Shown one piece after another: positions 36,023 through 47,019 of a DNA stretch of 55,118 nt (position 1 is the stretch's first letter; every line of letters begins with the position of its first letter). Source of the stretch: a virus (lineage: Duplodnaviria; Caudoviricetes); the IMG/VR virus record IMGVR_UViG_3300018080_000025, positions 1-55,118 of that record. The stretch is one strand, 5' to 3'. The position numbers and the translations under genes are program-made. The notes under the pieces are model-generated. The model saw nothing but the letters and a program-made list of their open reading frames with translations, was not told the DNA's origin and did no database searches.

Positions 36023-37519
36023 ATGGCTGTTGGAGATGCTTTCAACCAATTCGAGACCCTGCTTCGCGAGCATCTTGAGAGTTCCGTCCTGAAACTGATT
36101 GTCGAGGCGGACGACCCGATCTGGTCGTTCCTCCAGACGGTCACGAACACGCGGAAGATGGGCCGCATCACCGGCGCCGGCTCGAAAACGGCCGGCGATC
36201 CGGGCTATGAGGCCCGCTGGGAAGTCCTCTTCCAGCGCGGCGGCCGGGTCACAGGGGCGCACTTCGGAGATACCGAAGCGACGCTTATGGGACCGGGCAA
36301 CGCCCTGGTGATGGGACTCGGGACCGGGGGCCAGTACCCCGACCCGACCATGACGCCCCAGCGGTCCTATCTGGAGCTGGTGAGCTTTCTGAAGAAGGCT
36401 CGCGGCTCGATCGTCATCTCCCGCGATCAGATCGAAGCCAAGCTGCTCGGAAGCCCGGTCGAGGACGTGGCTGCCGGTCACGTCGAAGACGGGACGTATC
36501 AGGTTCGGGCGCTCATCAGCGCATTATCCTGGAGCCAGGGCGATGGCGCATTGGCCCAACTGAACGACGCCGGCGGCGCTGTGATTGCCGAGGCGAACCC
36601 CACCTGGATCGACATCGACGCCGGAACCTGCCATCGGTTCGTGAAAGGGCAGACCTACGTCGCGGCCACGACCAACGTGAACAAATTCGACACGCCGCGG
36701 GCTGGGGTTCTTCACAACCCCGGCCACATGCACTGTGTCAGCGTTGACCGCGACAATCGGCGGATCGCGCTCCAGGCCGACCCGGGCGAGGGTGACATCA
36801 CCCTCACCGACGACGACTGGATCATTTACCAGAGTATGTGGGACTTCACCACGGCGGCTACCGGGGCGACGGACAATACGCCGTCCCTGTCACCGAACGG
36901 TGTCGAGAACCTGCTTATCAACACCGGCGCTTTCCCCGATTCCGACATCGCGGACGTGACCAACTATCCCGAACTGTGGGCCTTCATTGACGGCACCTAC
37001 GGTGATCCGGGGACGATGGACTTGCCGGAGCCCGAGATCATCGACGAGATCCTGGACAAGATGATCGAGTCGGGCAGCCCGTCGTCCACGACCCCACCGA
37101 TGCTGCTGGCGGAGCCGAGCGTCTGGACGCTCTACAACCACCTGGAGCGCCGGGCGTTCATGGTCTCGCCGGCCACGGGAACATTCATGTCGGCGGGCGG
37201 GGTCAGCGGTCCCGTCTACACCTACGGCAACAAACAATTCGTCCGCCTGAACAGTTCGATGTGCAGGCCGAACACGATCTACGGTCTGGACCCGGATTCG
37301 TTCAAGCGGTTTTTCCCGAACGATCTGACGCTGCGCTGGGCCATGTCCCAGGGCGGTGTCGCCGGCATCGGCAGCATCTTCCGGCCCGTGACGAGCGGCC
37401 GGAACCTGACCGACCTGTCGGCCGCTGAGTTTGATTGCTGGTGGCAGCTCGCCCAGACGCGGCCGAACGCCAACTTCATCCGGAGAGGCGTTGAGTCGCG
37501 GCGGACGTATGCGGCCTGA
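36023..37519 (+). CDS. Major capsid protein
   Basis: 498 aa after scaffold and GroES, own promoter, strong downstream hairpin; synteny. Confidence 0.72.
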   Translation: MAVGDAFNQFETLLREHLESSVLKLIVEADDPIWSFLQTVTNTRKMGRITGAGSKTAGDPGYEARWEVLFQRGGRVTGAHFGDTEATLMGPGNALVMGLGTGGQYPDPTMTPQRSYLELVSFLKKARGSIVISRDQIEAKLLGSPVEDVAAGHVEDGTYQVRALISALSWSQGDGALAQLNDAGGAVIAEANPTWIDIDAGTCHRFVKGQTYVAATTNVNKFDTPRAGVLHNPGHMHCVSVDRDNRRIALQADPGEGDITLTDDDWIIYQSMWDFTTAATGATDNTPSLSPNGVENLLINTGAFPDSDIADVTNYPELWAFIDGTYGDPGTMDLPEPEIIDEILDKMIESGSPSSTTPPMLLAEPSVWTLYNHLERRAFMVSPATGTFMSAGGVSGPVYTYGNKQFVRLNSSMCRPNTIYGLDPDSFKRFFPNDLTLRWAMSQGGVAGIGSIFRPVTSGRNLTDLSAAEFDCWWQLAQTRPNANFIRRGVESRRTYAA

Positions 37520-37529
37520 TGAACAGAAC

Positions 37530-37570
37530 CCGCTGCCGGGCCCGGCTTCGGCCGGGTCCGGCGGCCGGTC
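37530..37570 (+). terminator. Strong hairpin after the capsid gene
   Basis: GCTGCCGGGCCCGGC-TTCG-GCCGGGTCCGGCGGC. Confidence 0.6.
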
Positions 37571-37592
37571 TTCAACCAAGTGAGGCAGAACA

Positions 37593-38009
37593 ATGGCTGG
37601 AGCAGACATTCTTCCACAGTCTCCGTATCCGGATGGGCCGGTCGTCATCAAGCTTGGTGGGTACGTTCCGAACGGCAAGACTGGGGCTGTCATCGACATG
37701 TTTTATGTGCCGTGGAACTGTTACGTGAAGCGCGTGTTCTACATGTACACGGGTTTCACAGCCGATCTCGACGCGATCACGCTTGTCACTGTGGACGACA
37801 CAACCGCAATTGTTGACGCGGCTGACATGGGTGAAGATTTGGCCATGACCCAGCAAACGCTCGCCGACGCGATTATCGGAACAGAGATCCAGGCCGGCGA
37901 CAAAATCAAGTTGTCCGCAGACAGCACGGATGCAAACGAAGAAGGCTACTTCTGGGCACAGATCGAATTGGAGCCCAGTTACAGCCGACCTCGTGCAACC
38001 GAGCACTGA
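37593..38009 (+). CDS. Putative virion structural (decoration) protein
   Basis: Beta-rich 138 aa right after the capsid gene. Confidence 0.55.
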   Translation: MAGADILPQSPYPDGPVVIKLGGYVPNGKTGAVIDMFYVPWNCYVKRVFYMYTGFTADLDAITLVTVDDTTAIVDAADMGEDLAMTQQTLADAIIGTEIQAGDKIKLSADSTDANEEGYFWAQIELEPSYSRPRATEH

Positions 38010-38048
38010 TCGCCGAGAGCGGCGCTTCATTGATACAGGAGGTGCCTC

Positions 38049-39608
38049 GTGCATCCAACGCATTCTGATCCGATGCGCCAGAAGAAGTGCATCGGAGTCC
38101 AGGAAATGAGCCTCGTGCCGCTTGCTGAAGGCGGCCAACTGCAATTCTCGATCAGTCACGATGACAGTGCTGCCACGAATGGAACGGTGCTGTACCTGGG
38201 TCAAAAGCGAGGCGTTACACAAGAAGGCATTCTTATTTCCGAAATGGAAAATGCGGGGACGGTCTATCACCGGGATTCGGGTAACGCTTATAGCATTCCG
38301 ATCGTCTATCATCCGGTTGAAGACTTGACTTTCACAGTCAAACACGACGCCGACCCAGCATCGAACCAGGGAGCCAACGAGGTTTACGCCGTGCCCACCG
38401 GGACGGTGAATGAGTGGGGCGTGCAGGAGGCTGTTCTTTACGGCGTCAATGTTCAGAACGCCGATGCCGACCTCGAAGACGACGACAGCACGGACGCCTG
38501 GGTGATCCACGACAATGACAACACCGCAACGATGGAACTACAGGGCACGGCGATGAAGGTCTATTTCGACGACGATGGGGACCCATCGACGAGTCGGCTG
38601 TTGGTTGATAATCCGACCGGCGCCGATCTTTATGTGGCCAGCAAGACGGGAAGGCCCCTGAAGATCACCCATTCATCGTCTGCTGATTCCGAGCCGCCGT
38701 TGTTTTTTGATGACGGTGGGTCGGCCGGGTCGTTTCTGTACTTTGTTGATCCCGGCACCTCGAATAGTGATTTCACGAGTGGCACCCAACTTGGCTGGTG
38801 GCATCTGCATGGGTGGTGGCTTGGCCAGGTCTACGTCAACCCGGACGCCGATGCCCACGAGCGGTTCCTGGTGAACATACCGGCTGGTCAAGATTCCCGC
38901 ATCAACCTTATGCACGGCAATCGGGCGATCGAGATGCACCATGACGCCAGCGCCAGCTCGAATGGAATCGCCGTGTATGTGGATGACGACGGCGAAGGCG
39001 GCGGTGCCTATGCCCAGTTCTTGTACGTCGATGACGACGGCTCGGCAGACACCTACGTCGAGACTTCGCCGCTCTATATGCCGACAGGTGCGACGCTGGT
39101 ATCGGCCGGGACGAATAACGCGCCGCTTGTTGAAATCGGGACCACGGGGATCGCCGCGCTTCAGATGGAGCAGACGGACGATGTCCGCCGCCTGATGTGC
39201 ATCCCATCTGATTGGGACCGGGACTGGCCGATCTATGTCCGGATCATCTGGGCGAGCGAACAGGACAGTTACACGAACCAGAGCATCACCTGGAAGGTCA
39301 TGTACGATGCACTGGTGCCTGGGACGGATGCGGTCGGCAACTTCTCGACGGCACTGGACACGGCCCTGGTGCTCGATCCCTGTTGTGGAACCGCGAAATC
39401 GCCGCAGAAGTCAGCCACGGCGGGCAAGATCGACGGCAAGACCATCGCCAACGCGGAGACGATGATCGAGTTCTTCATCGAGCTGGAGACGGCGACCAAC
39501 ATTGTTCCCGCGACGACGAACATCTACCTGATCGGGATCGAATTCGAGTACACGCCCAAGACTTCCTACCTGACGAATCACCGGGAAGCCTGGGACTGGA
39601 GAGCGTGA
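38049..39608 (+). CDS. Putative virion structural protein, acidic with internal repeats
   Basis: AGGAGG RBS and GTG start; repeated VYFDDDG / LFFDDGG / VYVDDDG segments. Confidence 0.6.
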   Translation: MHPTHSDPMRQKKCIGVQEMSLVPLAEGGQLQFSISHDDSAATNGTVLYLGQKRGVTQEGILISEMENAGTVYHRDSGNAYSIPIVYHPVEDLTFTVKHDADPASNQGANEVYAVPTGTVNEWGVQEAVLYGVNVQNADADLEDDDSTDAWVIHDNDNTATMELQGTAMKVYFDDDGDPSTSRLLVDNPTGADLYVASKTGRPLKITHSSSADSEPPLFFDDGGSAGSFLYFVDPGTSNSDFTSGTQLGWWHLHGWWLGQVYVNPDADAHERFLVNIPAGQDSRINLMHGNRAIEMHHDASASSNGIAVYVDDDGEGGGAYAQFLYVDDDGSADTYVETSPLYMPTGATLVSAGTNNAPLVEIGTTGIAALQMEQTDDVRRLMCIPSDWDRDWPIYVRIIWASEQDSYTNQSITWKVMYDALVPGTDAVGNFSTALDTALVLDPCCGTAKSPQKSATAGKIDGKTIANAETMIEFFIELETATNIVPATTNIYLIGIEFEYTPKTSYLTNHREAWDWRA

Positions 39609-40177
39609 TGATGGCAGGCCCGAACGGGCAGGCATTGCGAGCCCGGCGGCCGACGGCAGCGCAAGCGATTCACCGGGACTTCCGGCGCTACTACATGGTG
39701 CGGCGCCCGGACTGGAACAAGATGGGGCGGCGCCTGCCTCTGTGGTTTCGGCGTCGCCTCCGTCGTATCGACCCTTTGCTGACGCTGCAATTCGTGCCGC
39801 CGGATACGAAGGACCCCGAGGGCGTGCCTGCGGTTCGATTTCCCGAGGGCGTGTGGTACATCTGTGCCCGAGTGCCCAGGGCGCGGCGGTGGCTGGCCAA
39901 GCGAGTGATTTTCCCGATGGCCCTGCCCGGCGGACAGCAGATTCTACCGAGCTATGAGTTGCTGCGGACACTGCGAACCGGCCGGCTCGACCGCAAGAAG
40001 CGCGGTATCAACCGCCTTGAAAAGCGTTTCCAGGAACAGATGGCGGAGTTCACGCGGGAAAAGGAAAAGGCGTCCCGAGAGGAATTGCTGGAGCGTATCG
40101 CGGGCACGATGCGACGGCTGAACATGAGTTCCTATGCTCAGCCGCGCGTTTTCATCCCCGCCAAGCCGGGGAGTTGA
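39608..40177 (+). CDS. Basic hypothetical protein
   Basis: TGATG coupling; Arg-rich. Confidence 0.6.
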   Translation: MMAGPNGQALRARRPTAAQAIHRDFRRYYMVRRPDWNKMGRRLPLWFRRRLRRIDPLLTLQFVPPDTKDPEGVPAVRFPEGVWYICARVPRARRWLAKRVIFPMALPGGQQILPSYELLRTLRTGRLDRKKRGINRLEKRFQEQMAEFTREKEKASREELLERIAGTMRRLNMSSYAQPRVFIPAKPGS

Positions 40178-40189
40178 GCGAGCGATGAC

Positions 40190-41362
40190 ATGGACCCATT
40201 CCTGGATCGGTTCTATGACGAGGTGGACGACAACCTCGCTGACCCGCACAGCCAGCGACGCTTGACGAATGCGCAGCGGTATCGGGATCTTCACACCGTC
40301 CAGGTCGATCTGTTCGAGCGGCTGCTGAACGCCACGGGGCAAGAATCGCTCGTGGGCCGCACCCAGGCCACAATCACCCTCGTCAGTGGGCAGGACTATT
40401 ACGAGCTTCCGCCTGGATTCAGGCACTTTGTGTCCCTTCAGAAGCTCGTCAACAATGATCCGGATTACGTCGAAGACGAGCTGAATACGATCCCCACCTA
40501 TGCAAGCCGGCGGGGAATCCAGATCTTCACGCAGCAGCGGGGATTCAAGGTCCACCCCGTGCCGACCAGCCAGAGCGCGGGTGATTGGGTAATGACGTAC
40601 CTGAAGGGACCCGTGCTACTGCACTACGCCACGACTACGCGGACCACCAACCCGCCGGATGCGTGGGTTATCAACGCGCTGACCTACGCCTTGAGCGTGC
40701 CCGTGGCGGGGACGCACCGTATCACACGCGCGGGGTTCTTCACCGCCGCTTTGGAGGGCGAGACGATCGAGTTCGCTTCGCCGATCAATGGTACGGCGAC
40801 GGTGGAGGGGGCCTCCAGGACGATCACGGCGGCGAATGCCGATTACATCGAGTTCGATACCGTGACCGGGCTCGCCGATCTCGACACGTTCACTGTGGAT
40901 GTGGACTGGTGTTGGCTTATTACGGGAACGCCGGCGACGGATGCCGGGGAGAAGGTGTTCCTCCCGGATTATTACAACGGCTCGCTGCTTCGCATCTATG
41001 ATGCCGCCGACGACGAGGGTGTGCGGCAGACGAAGGAAATCCTGGACTACTACAAAGACGCCGACGACGAATGGCATGTTATTCTCCGGCATCCGTGGAC
41101 GCTGGAGCCCACGACGGCCAAGTATGAAATCTGCCCGGAGCTTCCTGAAGCGTATGATTCGATCTACGCGATGGACGTGGCGATCCGGAATACCGGCCGG
41201 CGAACCCACCTGAGGCGCCGGGCAGGATTGCTTGAGGATCGGAGGAACCTCTGGAACGCCTGCCTCAACTGGGCGATTCAGAACACGATGGATCGGGCGC
41301 CGGAACGCACGATCCCGGAAAACTGGGACCAGGTGGACCCCTACTCGATCGGGATTGCCTGA
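40190..41362 (+). CDS. Putative head-tail adaptor / tail tubular protein A-like
   Basis: ITLVSGQDYYELPPGF, PVPT and ELPEAYD motifs; position. Confidence 0.6.
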   Translation: MDPFLDRFYDEVDDNLADPHSQRRLTNAQRYRDLHTVQVDLFERLLNATGQESLVGRTQATITLVSGQDYYELPPGFRHFVSLQKLVNNDPDYVEDELNTIPTYASRRGIQIFTQQRGFKVHPVPTSQSAGDWVMTYLKGPVLLHYATTTRTTNPPDAWVINALTYALSVPVAGTHRITRAGFFTAALEGETIEFASPINGTATVEGASRTITAANADYIEFDTVTGLADLDTFTVDVDWCWLITGTPATDAGEKVFLPDYYNGSLLRIYDAADDEGVRQTKEILDYYKDADDEWHVILRHPWTLEPTTAKYEICPELPEAYDSIYAMDVAIRNTGRRTHLRRRAGLLEDRRNLWNACLNWAIQNTMDRAPERTIPENWDQVDPYSIGIA

Positions 41363-44280
41363 TGCGCCTGACGCAGATCAAATCTGACACGGGCTCGGAT
41401 GAAGTCCTCATCCATGCCGACATGAGCGATCCGAACGTGGACATGGACCTCACGTCGGACCCGTGGAACATTCCGCCGGAGCTTGCTTCCGAAATTCTCG
41501 GCCGGGATGTGCTGCGCCGTGGCCGGATCGCGCCGGACGGGGGGCGCCGCCCGCTCGGCGTCACCAACCCTGACAGCGACGATCTCGTCGATGCGTGGGG
41601 AATCGACTTCAAGGGTTTGAGCGGCGTCCGGTACTCGGATGTCTACCTGGCCGCCCGGTACACGGCGGCCGTGGGTAGCCTCCAGAAACTCACGAGCCCC
41701 TACGCTTGGCCGGAAGCCATGATCGGAGGCTACATCTACCGCTCGTCGGATGGCCGGGTGTCCGCAGCCGAGACGGCCCGGAAGATCACCGGAATCAGCA
41801 CGACGGCCGAGACGGATGACACTCTGGAATGGGCTCCCGATATGTCCGGGGCGTGGGTCGGGTTCGACAAATTCAACATCCTCTATAACAGCGAGTACGA
41901 CAAGCGCGGCATCTGGGTGACAAACGGGAGGAAATTCTGGCTTCTGCATGACGCCACCTGGGGGCTTTACCTGGATCTCGGGAGTGATGATTATCTCGGG
42001 GAGCGATGGGATTGCTGCCGGATCAGCACGAATCTCGTTATGTTCGTCAGCGAGAAGTATCCCTCCCGCATCGTGCACCTCAGCGATGGGACGATCAGTG
42101 GCGCGTCGGGCAATGAGTCGCTTGCAGGGCTCATCACACCCAAGAAGCCGGAAGAGATCGAGACGGCCGGCGACGATGACGGGAACACGGAAAAAAGTTG
42201 GATCATGACCGCCGTGGCGGGCGGGAGCCTGAGTGCGGGAGATTACCGCGTGCTGCTGCGGGCCGTCAACCTGGACGACAGTGCCGAATCACGGTTTGTG
42301 CCGGCTTATGATGCGGGCGACCTCGATGATCGCGACATTACAGCGGCCTTGAATAATCTGCTCAAGGTCAATACGCCCTTGCGCCAAACACACTATCCTC
42401 CTCCGCTCCATGAGCGATGGACGCATCTTGAAGTCTGGCGGACCCAGGCGGGCGGCGCTGCGTACTTCCTGGAGCGCCGTATCGAAATCGCCGACCTCGA
42501 TAACGAAAGCGCTGGCGGCGCCGTCCTGGATTGTCTGGTGGAGCAAAGCCCGCCCGCCCAGAACGCCTGCACCATGAGCGACGCGAATCTGGCGGGTCAG
42601 ACGCAGGCGTCAGCCACGGATCTTCTGGCCGGCTATCCCCCACCGATCTGTCGCAAGGTGGAGACGCTGGGCGATGTGACGATTTGTGCAGGCAAAGCGA
42701 ACGCCAGTCGAACCAATCCGATAGCGTACAACCGCATGTACTACATCGACCCGGCGGATGCGGCGACATACACGCACCTGACCCGCAAATTGGCGGACGC
42801 CACGAATCCCTGGACAAATTACACCTGGCAGGACGGCGACGAGTTCTACATCATCAGTTGCGATCAGGCGGTCACAGGGGCCTATCCGATTTCGGCACGC
42901 GACAACGCCGGCCAGCTTGAGCTTGAAGCGCCCGGGCCAGGCGAGAATCTGACGGCCGTCTATGGCTACATCCAGCGCCCCTATGAACTGGATTGGCCAT
43001 TCATTGAAAGCGACGAGCATATTCATTACAGCAGAACGGACACGTTTGCCCCCGAATCGTTCCTGACGCGGACACTCACGATCAGTAACACGGGAGACAA
43101 GCTCCGCGATATCGTGCGTGTCGGCCCCTACGTTGCGGTCATCATGTCCGAAGGGATTCATCTGCTTTACGTGGATAGCGGCGAATTGCTCTGTGATACC
43201 GTCAGCGCGGCGGGCGATGGAACGCCCTGGGAGCACAGTGTCGTCGTCTTTGAGAACAACGTCGTGTGGGCCACGCCGACTGGCCCGAGGTTGATGGTTG
43301 TCTCGAACGCGGCGGATGATCGGGGCCACCGCGGCGTAATCGGCCAGCTCGACCAAGATGGACGGATGCGGCAATGGTTCGAGGCTGCCTATGCGGCCGG
43401 CGAGACGATTGACGTGGGACTCGACACGCTGAATGGGGCGATCCGTTTTCGGAGAACCATCGACGCGAACACGTTCCAGGTGCTCCAATATTCGTACCGC
43501 ACGAACCACTGGACGAAACTCGACGACGACAACGGCGTCGCCTATGCACGCTCGTCCTATGCGGGCGACGACGAAGAAGAAGCAGCCGTGATCTATTCCG
43601 TGACAGCCGAAGGCAACGTCTTCGAGGTCAACTACCAGGGCATCGAGCACCCGTATGACGACTACAATGTGGAGGATACGACACTAGGAGGCGGATGGAC
43701 CTCGACGACGACCAAAATAGAGAAACTCGCACAGTTCCATGCGTCCATGATCGGCGACATGGTTCGGTTCACATCGGTTGCCAATGAGGCGGTCGATGGA
43801 GCTGGTCGTGTCATTCGCAACGCAGACAATGATAAGATTGAATTTGATGCACTACCAGCGGCGGCATCGGGCTTCATCATCGGCGCGACGCGATTCAGAA
43901 TGCGTTTTGCGCCATATCAAGGTGCGTTTCGGGAGAACGTGAAGACGATCGAGGCGGTGGGTGTCAGGGCCTTACCGGGGCCTCGGAACACAGAGAACGA
44001 GGACTGGCCCGACCCGCCGGAGGGTGCCTTGACCGTCCGTGCTTATCGCAATCACGACGACGAGGCGGCTAGCGAAGATGAAGACGGCATCGCGATCTGG
44101 GATGACGACGACGTGGCCTACACGTCCAAGGATGCGGCATCTAATGTGGAATGCCAGGGGCAGGCGATCACCCTTGAGATCGAGTGTCTTCATGCCCGAA
44201 CGGATTTCAGGTTGAAGGGCGTCGAGATGCGGATTCGCGAATCAGGCCACAACGCCGAGGACGTTTCGACGGACGAATAG
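41362..44280 (+). CDS. Putative tail nozzle / stabilization protein (tubular protein B-like)
   Basis: 972 aa beta-rich; IHYSRTDTFAPESF propeller-like region; follows the adaptor. Confidence 0.6.
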   Translation: MRLTQIKSDTGSDEVLIHADMSDPNVDMDLTSDPWNIPPELASEILGRDVLRRGRIAPDGGRRPLGVTNPDSDDLVDAWGIDFKGLSGVRYSDVYLAARYTAAVGSLQKLTSPYAWPEAMIGGYIYRSSDGRVSAAETARKITGISTTAETDDTLEWAPDMSGAWVGFDKFNILYNSEYDKRGIWVTNGRKFWLLHDATWGLYLDLGSDDYLGERWDCCRISTNLVMFVSEKYPSRIVHLSDGTISGASGNESLAGLITPKKPEEIETAGDDDGNTEKSWIMTAVAGGSLSAGDYRVLLRAVNLDDSAESRFVPAYDAGDLDDRDITAALNNLLKVNTPLRQTHYPPPLHERWTHLEVWRTQAGGAAYFLERRIEIADLDNESAGGAVLDCLVEQSPPAQNACTMSDANLAGQTQASATDLLAGYPPPICRKVETLGDVTICAGKANASRTNPIAYNRMYYIDPADAATYTHLTRKLADATNPWTNYTWQDGDEFYIISCDQAVTGAYPISARDNAGQLELEAPGPGENLTAVYGYIQRPYELDWPFIESDEHIHYSRTDTFAPESFLTRTLTISNTGDKLRDIVRVGPYVAVIMSEGIHLLYVDSGELLCDTVSAAGDGTPWEHSVVVFENNVVWATPTGPRLMVVSNAADDRGHRGVIGQLDQDGRMRQWFEAAYAAGETIDVGLDTLNGAIRFRRTIDANTFQVLQYSYRTNHWTKLDDDNGVAYARSSYAGDDEEEAAVIYSVTAEGNVFEVNYQGIEHPYDDYNVEDTTLGGGWTSTTTKIEKLAQFHASMIGDMVRFTSVANEAVDGAGRVIRNADNDKIEFDALPAAASGFIIGATRFRMRFAPYQGAFRENVKTIEAVGVRALPGPRNTENEDWPDPPEGALTVRAYRNHDDEAASEDEDGIAIWDDDDVAYTSKDAASNVECQGQAITLEIECLHARTDFRLKGVEMRIRESGHNAEDVSTDE

Positions 44281-44291
44281 GAGCGAGCAGC

Positions 44292-46502
44292 ATGAATCCC
44301 ATGATGGCTGGTGCCATGGCGATCGCCCCCATGTTCGACACGCTGCTGAACTTCTTCCTCAGCGAGCGGGCCGGAGCGAGGGCCGAACGCCTCGGGCGTG
44401 AAGCGGCTGGCTACGCATCCGGGCAGATGCCGCCCACTCGGACGGCCGCAGAGTACCGGGAAGCGATCGGCTTCCCAGGCGTCACGACTGGCGGCTATCG
44501 CTATGCCCCGGAAGGCTCCGCAGGGGTTCTTAATCTCGACCAGATGCTCGGCACGGAAGGGTCTGTAGCCAGGGCCTTGGCCGGCGCTTACGGCGGAGGC
44601 GTAGATTTCGGGCGTGTGTTGACGGACGTGCAGCGGGATCTCGATCGGGGGGATGTGGAACCTGCCGCTTTCGCCGAGCAGGTCGGCGGATACTTCCCGG
44701 AAGCCGAGATGGATGCCTGGCTGGCCAAAACGCGGGAAGACGTAGCGGAAACCTCCCGGTCCAGGGAGGCGTCGAACCGGGAGGCCATGCTGTCCGCGGC
44801 CCTGGGACGAGGGAAGGGGCTTCAGGAAATGGAGGGCATCAGCGACGCCCTCGACCTCTCGGAAACCCAGTGGAGGGCAAGCGAATCACTCGGGGCGGAA
44901 GCCGCCGCCGAGGCTGAACGGAACAAGATGCGGATGGCGCGCGGCGAGGCCCAGACCGCCGCCGCGACCGCCGCACAGAACCTTCGGAGCCAGATCGCCC
45001 AGACCCGCGGTGCCTTGACGTCACAGGTCGGCCAGGCCGCCGCCAACCAGATGCTCGCCGCCGCATCCATGTTGGCCGAGGCCGTCGAATCCGATCGGTC
45101 AGCCGACTGGCAATCCAAGGTCGCCAAGTATGGGGCGATCCAGGACGCCCTGTCCCGCCAAATGGAGGCGATGGGATTGGAACAGGCCGACACCAGCCGC
45201 CACTTGCAGCAGCTTCTCACCGAGGCCGGGTTCATCGCAGGTATCCCGGTGCCCATGCTCCAGGCGAATCCGATGCAGCAGGGTGTGAACAACCTGCTGC
45301 AATGGATGGCGACAAGTGGCGGGGCGAAATCCGGAGGCGGGGCGAGCGGTAGCTTCGTGGGAACCGGTGCCGGTTTCTCTAAGAGTTGCGTCGGCGCCGA
45401 TGCCATGGTCGTCCGCAAGGACGGCCTCTGCCCGCTTGGAATGGTGGACGAGGGCGACGAGGTGTTGGGCGAAGATGCCCACTTCCACGTCGTCGAGGCG
45501 GCGGACTTCGGTCTGGATGTCCAGGAATACCGGGAGGATCTTGTAACGATCGCGGTCGGCGGCGGCGTCGCCGAGATCAGCCTGACGCCGGAGCACGCTA
45601 TCCAGGGCAAAGCAGCCTCCGAGTGGAAAGTTGGAGACGTATTGAATGTGTTTGGCAGGCCGGAATACGTGACACACATCCGGATGTCTCCCTACCGGCC
45701 GGTCGCCGATCTGATGCTGGCCGGCAACGTGAACTACTTGGCGAACGGTTTCGGCATCGAATCGGCCATCGGCAAGATGGGTCTCGGGAACTTCCGGGAG
45801 CTTCAATCCCGCAACACCGTGTTTTCCACGCCGCCCATGAGCGTTGTGCAGCGGGTGGGCAATCTTGATCACCTGAAACAGCGGTGGATGGATTTCCAGA
45901 ACGGTGTGGCGGACGAGGAATTAACCTCGATCACCGAGCCGAGCGATGCCCTCAGTTTTGAAGAGTGCAGGGAAGTCGCCGGCGAGGCGCTGTCGAGAAT
46001 GGGGCGCCCTGACGCCAAGCCGGTGTTCCTCAAAGAGGGCCATACCAGTGCGGTGTTCACGACCGAGAATCGTGACATCGTTGTGAACGTGGCCCGGGAC
46101 CTCGATTCAGCGGCCGAGGACCTGAAGCATTCAGTGAGGAAACTGACGACATGCTCGCCCCAGGAAGGGCTCGTGTCGTCGTCTGGTGTCTTCATGGTCC
46201 CGCTCGGCAACCGGTTGGTGCCCACTGCCTCTTCAGAGTACGTCGATGGAATCGAGGTGACGTATGACGCCAGCCGCGACGTATACGGGCTGGTGGAACG
46301 CATGAATCGGCGCGGCGGAGGCCGCATCACCTGGCTCAATGGCGAAAGCCGATACAACCGCCTGTTGTCGCGCCGGATTCGGGACCGACATGAGTCGAGC
46401 CCGGTTCCATTGACCCTGACGCACGGCGACCTGGTGGCCAACCCCGAGACGGGTGAAGTGTGGATTGTGGCCTGCGACGGAATCGAGATGCGCAAGGAGT
46501 AG
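44292..46502 (+). CDS. Putative ejection protein with Hint domain and kinase-like C-terminus
   Basis: Helical Ala-rich N-half; CVGADAMV...LTPEH...YLANGF (Hint); LKEGHTSAVF...HGDLVANP. Confidence 0.65.
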   Translation: MNPMMAGAMAIAPMFDTLLNFFLSERAGARAERLGREAAGYASGQMPPTRTAAEYREAIGFPGVTTGGYRYAPEGSAGVLNLDQMLGTEGSVARALAGAYGGGVDFGRVLTDVQRDLDRGDVEPAAFAEQVGGYFPEAEMDAWLAKTREDVAETSRSREASNREAMLSAALGRGKGLQEMEGISDALDLSETQWRASESLGAEAAAEAERNKMRMARGEAQTAAATAAQNLRSQIAQTRGALTSQVGQAAANQMLAAASMLAEAVESDRSADWQSKVAKYGAIQDALSRQMEAMGLEQADTSRHLQQLLTEAGFIAGIPVPMLQANPMQQGVNNLLQWMATSGGAKSGGGASGSFVGTGAGFSKSCVGADAMVVRKDGLCPLGMVDEGDEVLGEDAHFHVVEAADFGLDVQEYREDLVTIAVGGGVAEISLTPEHAIQGKAASEWKVGDVLNVFGRPEYVTHIRMSPYRPVADLMLAGNVNYLANGFGIESAIGKMGLGNFRELQSRNTVFSTPPMSVVQRVGNLDHLKQRWMDFQNGVADEELTSITEPSDALSFEECREVAGEALSRMGRPDAKPVFLKEGHTSAVFTTENRDIVVNVARDLDSAAEDLKHSVRKLTTCSPQEGLVSSSGVFMVPLGNRLVPTASSEYVDGIEVTYDASRDVYGLVERMNRRGGGRITWLNGESRYNRLLSRRIRDRHESSPVPLTLTHGDLVANPETGEVWIVACDGIEMRKE

Positions 46503-46506
46503 GATC

Positions 46507-47016
46507 ATGTCTTCGCTCGGAACAAGTCTCGCGAATATTATGAACGACCCGGCTTTGCTATCCGGGCCGCACATGGAAACACCGGCGACGCCGGGCGGGG
46601 CGGGTGTACCTGTGGCCACACCAGGCTTCTTTGATACGGGCGGAATGCTCGATCAGCTCGCCAGCGCATCGAATCCGATGCTGGCCGGCTTGGATATCCC
46701 ACCCATCCTCAAGGCGCTTTCCACGATGAAGGTGGGCGTGCAATCGGGCGGCAGCTCGTTCGCTTTCGGCGGTGCGGGCGGTGGTTCCGGCCCCTGGATC
46801 GCCAACGCCTTGAAGGATTTCATGGCCCAGCGCAAACCGGCGGCTGAGCAGACGAATGCCGCGATCCTGACGCCGACGCAAACGAGCCAGCCGGCGACCC
46901 CCAGCGTTCCGGGCGGTTACGGCGTTGACCCGGCCCAGATGGCTTACGAGTTTCAATCGAGCCTGCCGAGTGTTACGAGCCTGGGTCTGCCCCTCGGTGG
47001 AATGAGGAGGTTCTGA
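46507..47016 (+). CDS. Putative internal virion protein
   Basis: Gly/Pro/Ala-rich; AAGGAG RBS. Confidence 0.55.
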   Translation: MSSLGTSLANIMNDPALLSGPHMETPATPGGAGVPVATPGFFDTGGMLDQLASASNPMLAGLDIPPILKALSTMKVGVQSGGSSFAFGGAGGGSGPWIANALKDFMAQRKPAAEQTNAAILTPTQTSQPATPSVPGGYGVDPAQMAYEFQSSLPSVTSLGLPLGGMRRF

Positions 47017-47019
47017 GCC

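Noticed and set aside
45387-45764. Canonical splicing intein
   Set aside because: Lacks the terminal His-Asn and any endonuclease; treated as a cleavage-type Hint domain
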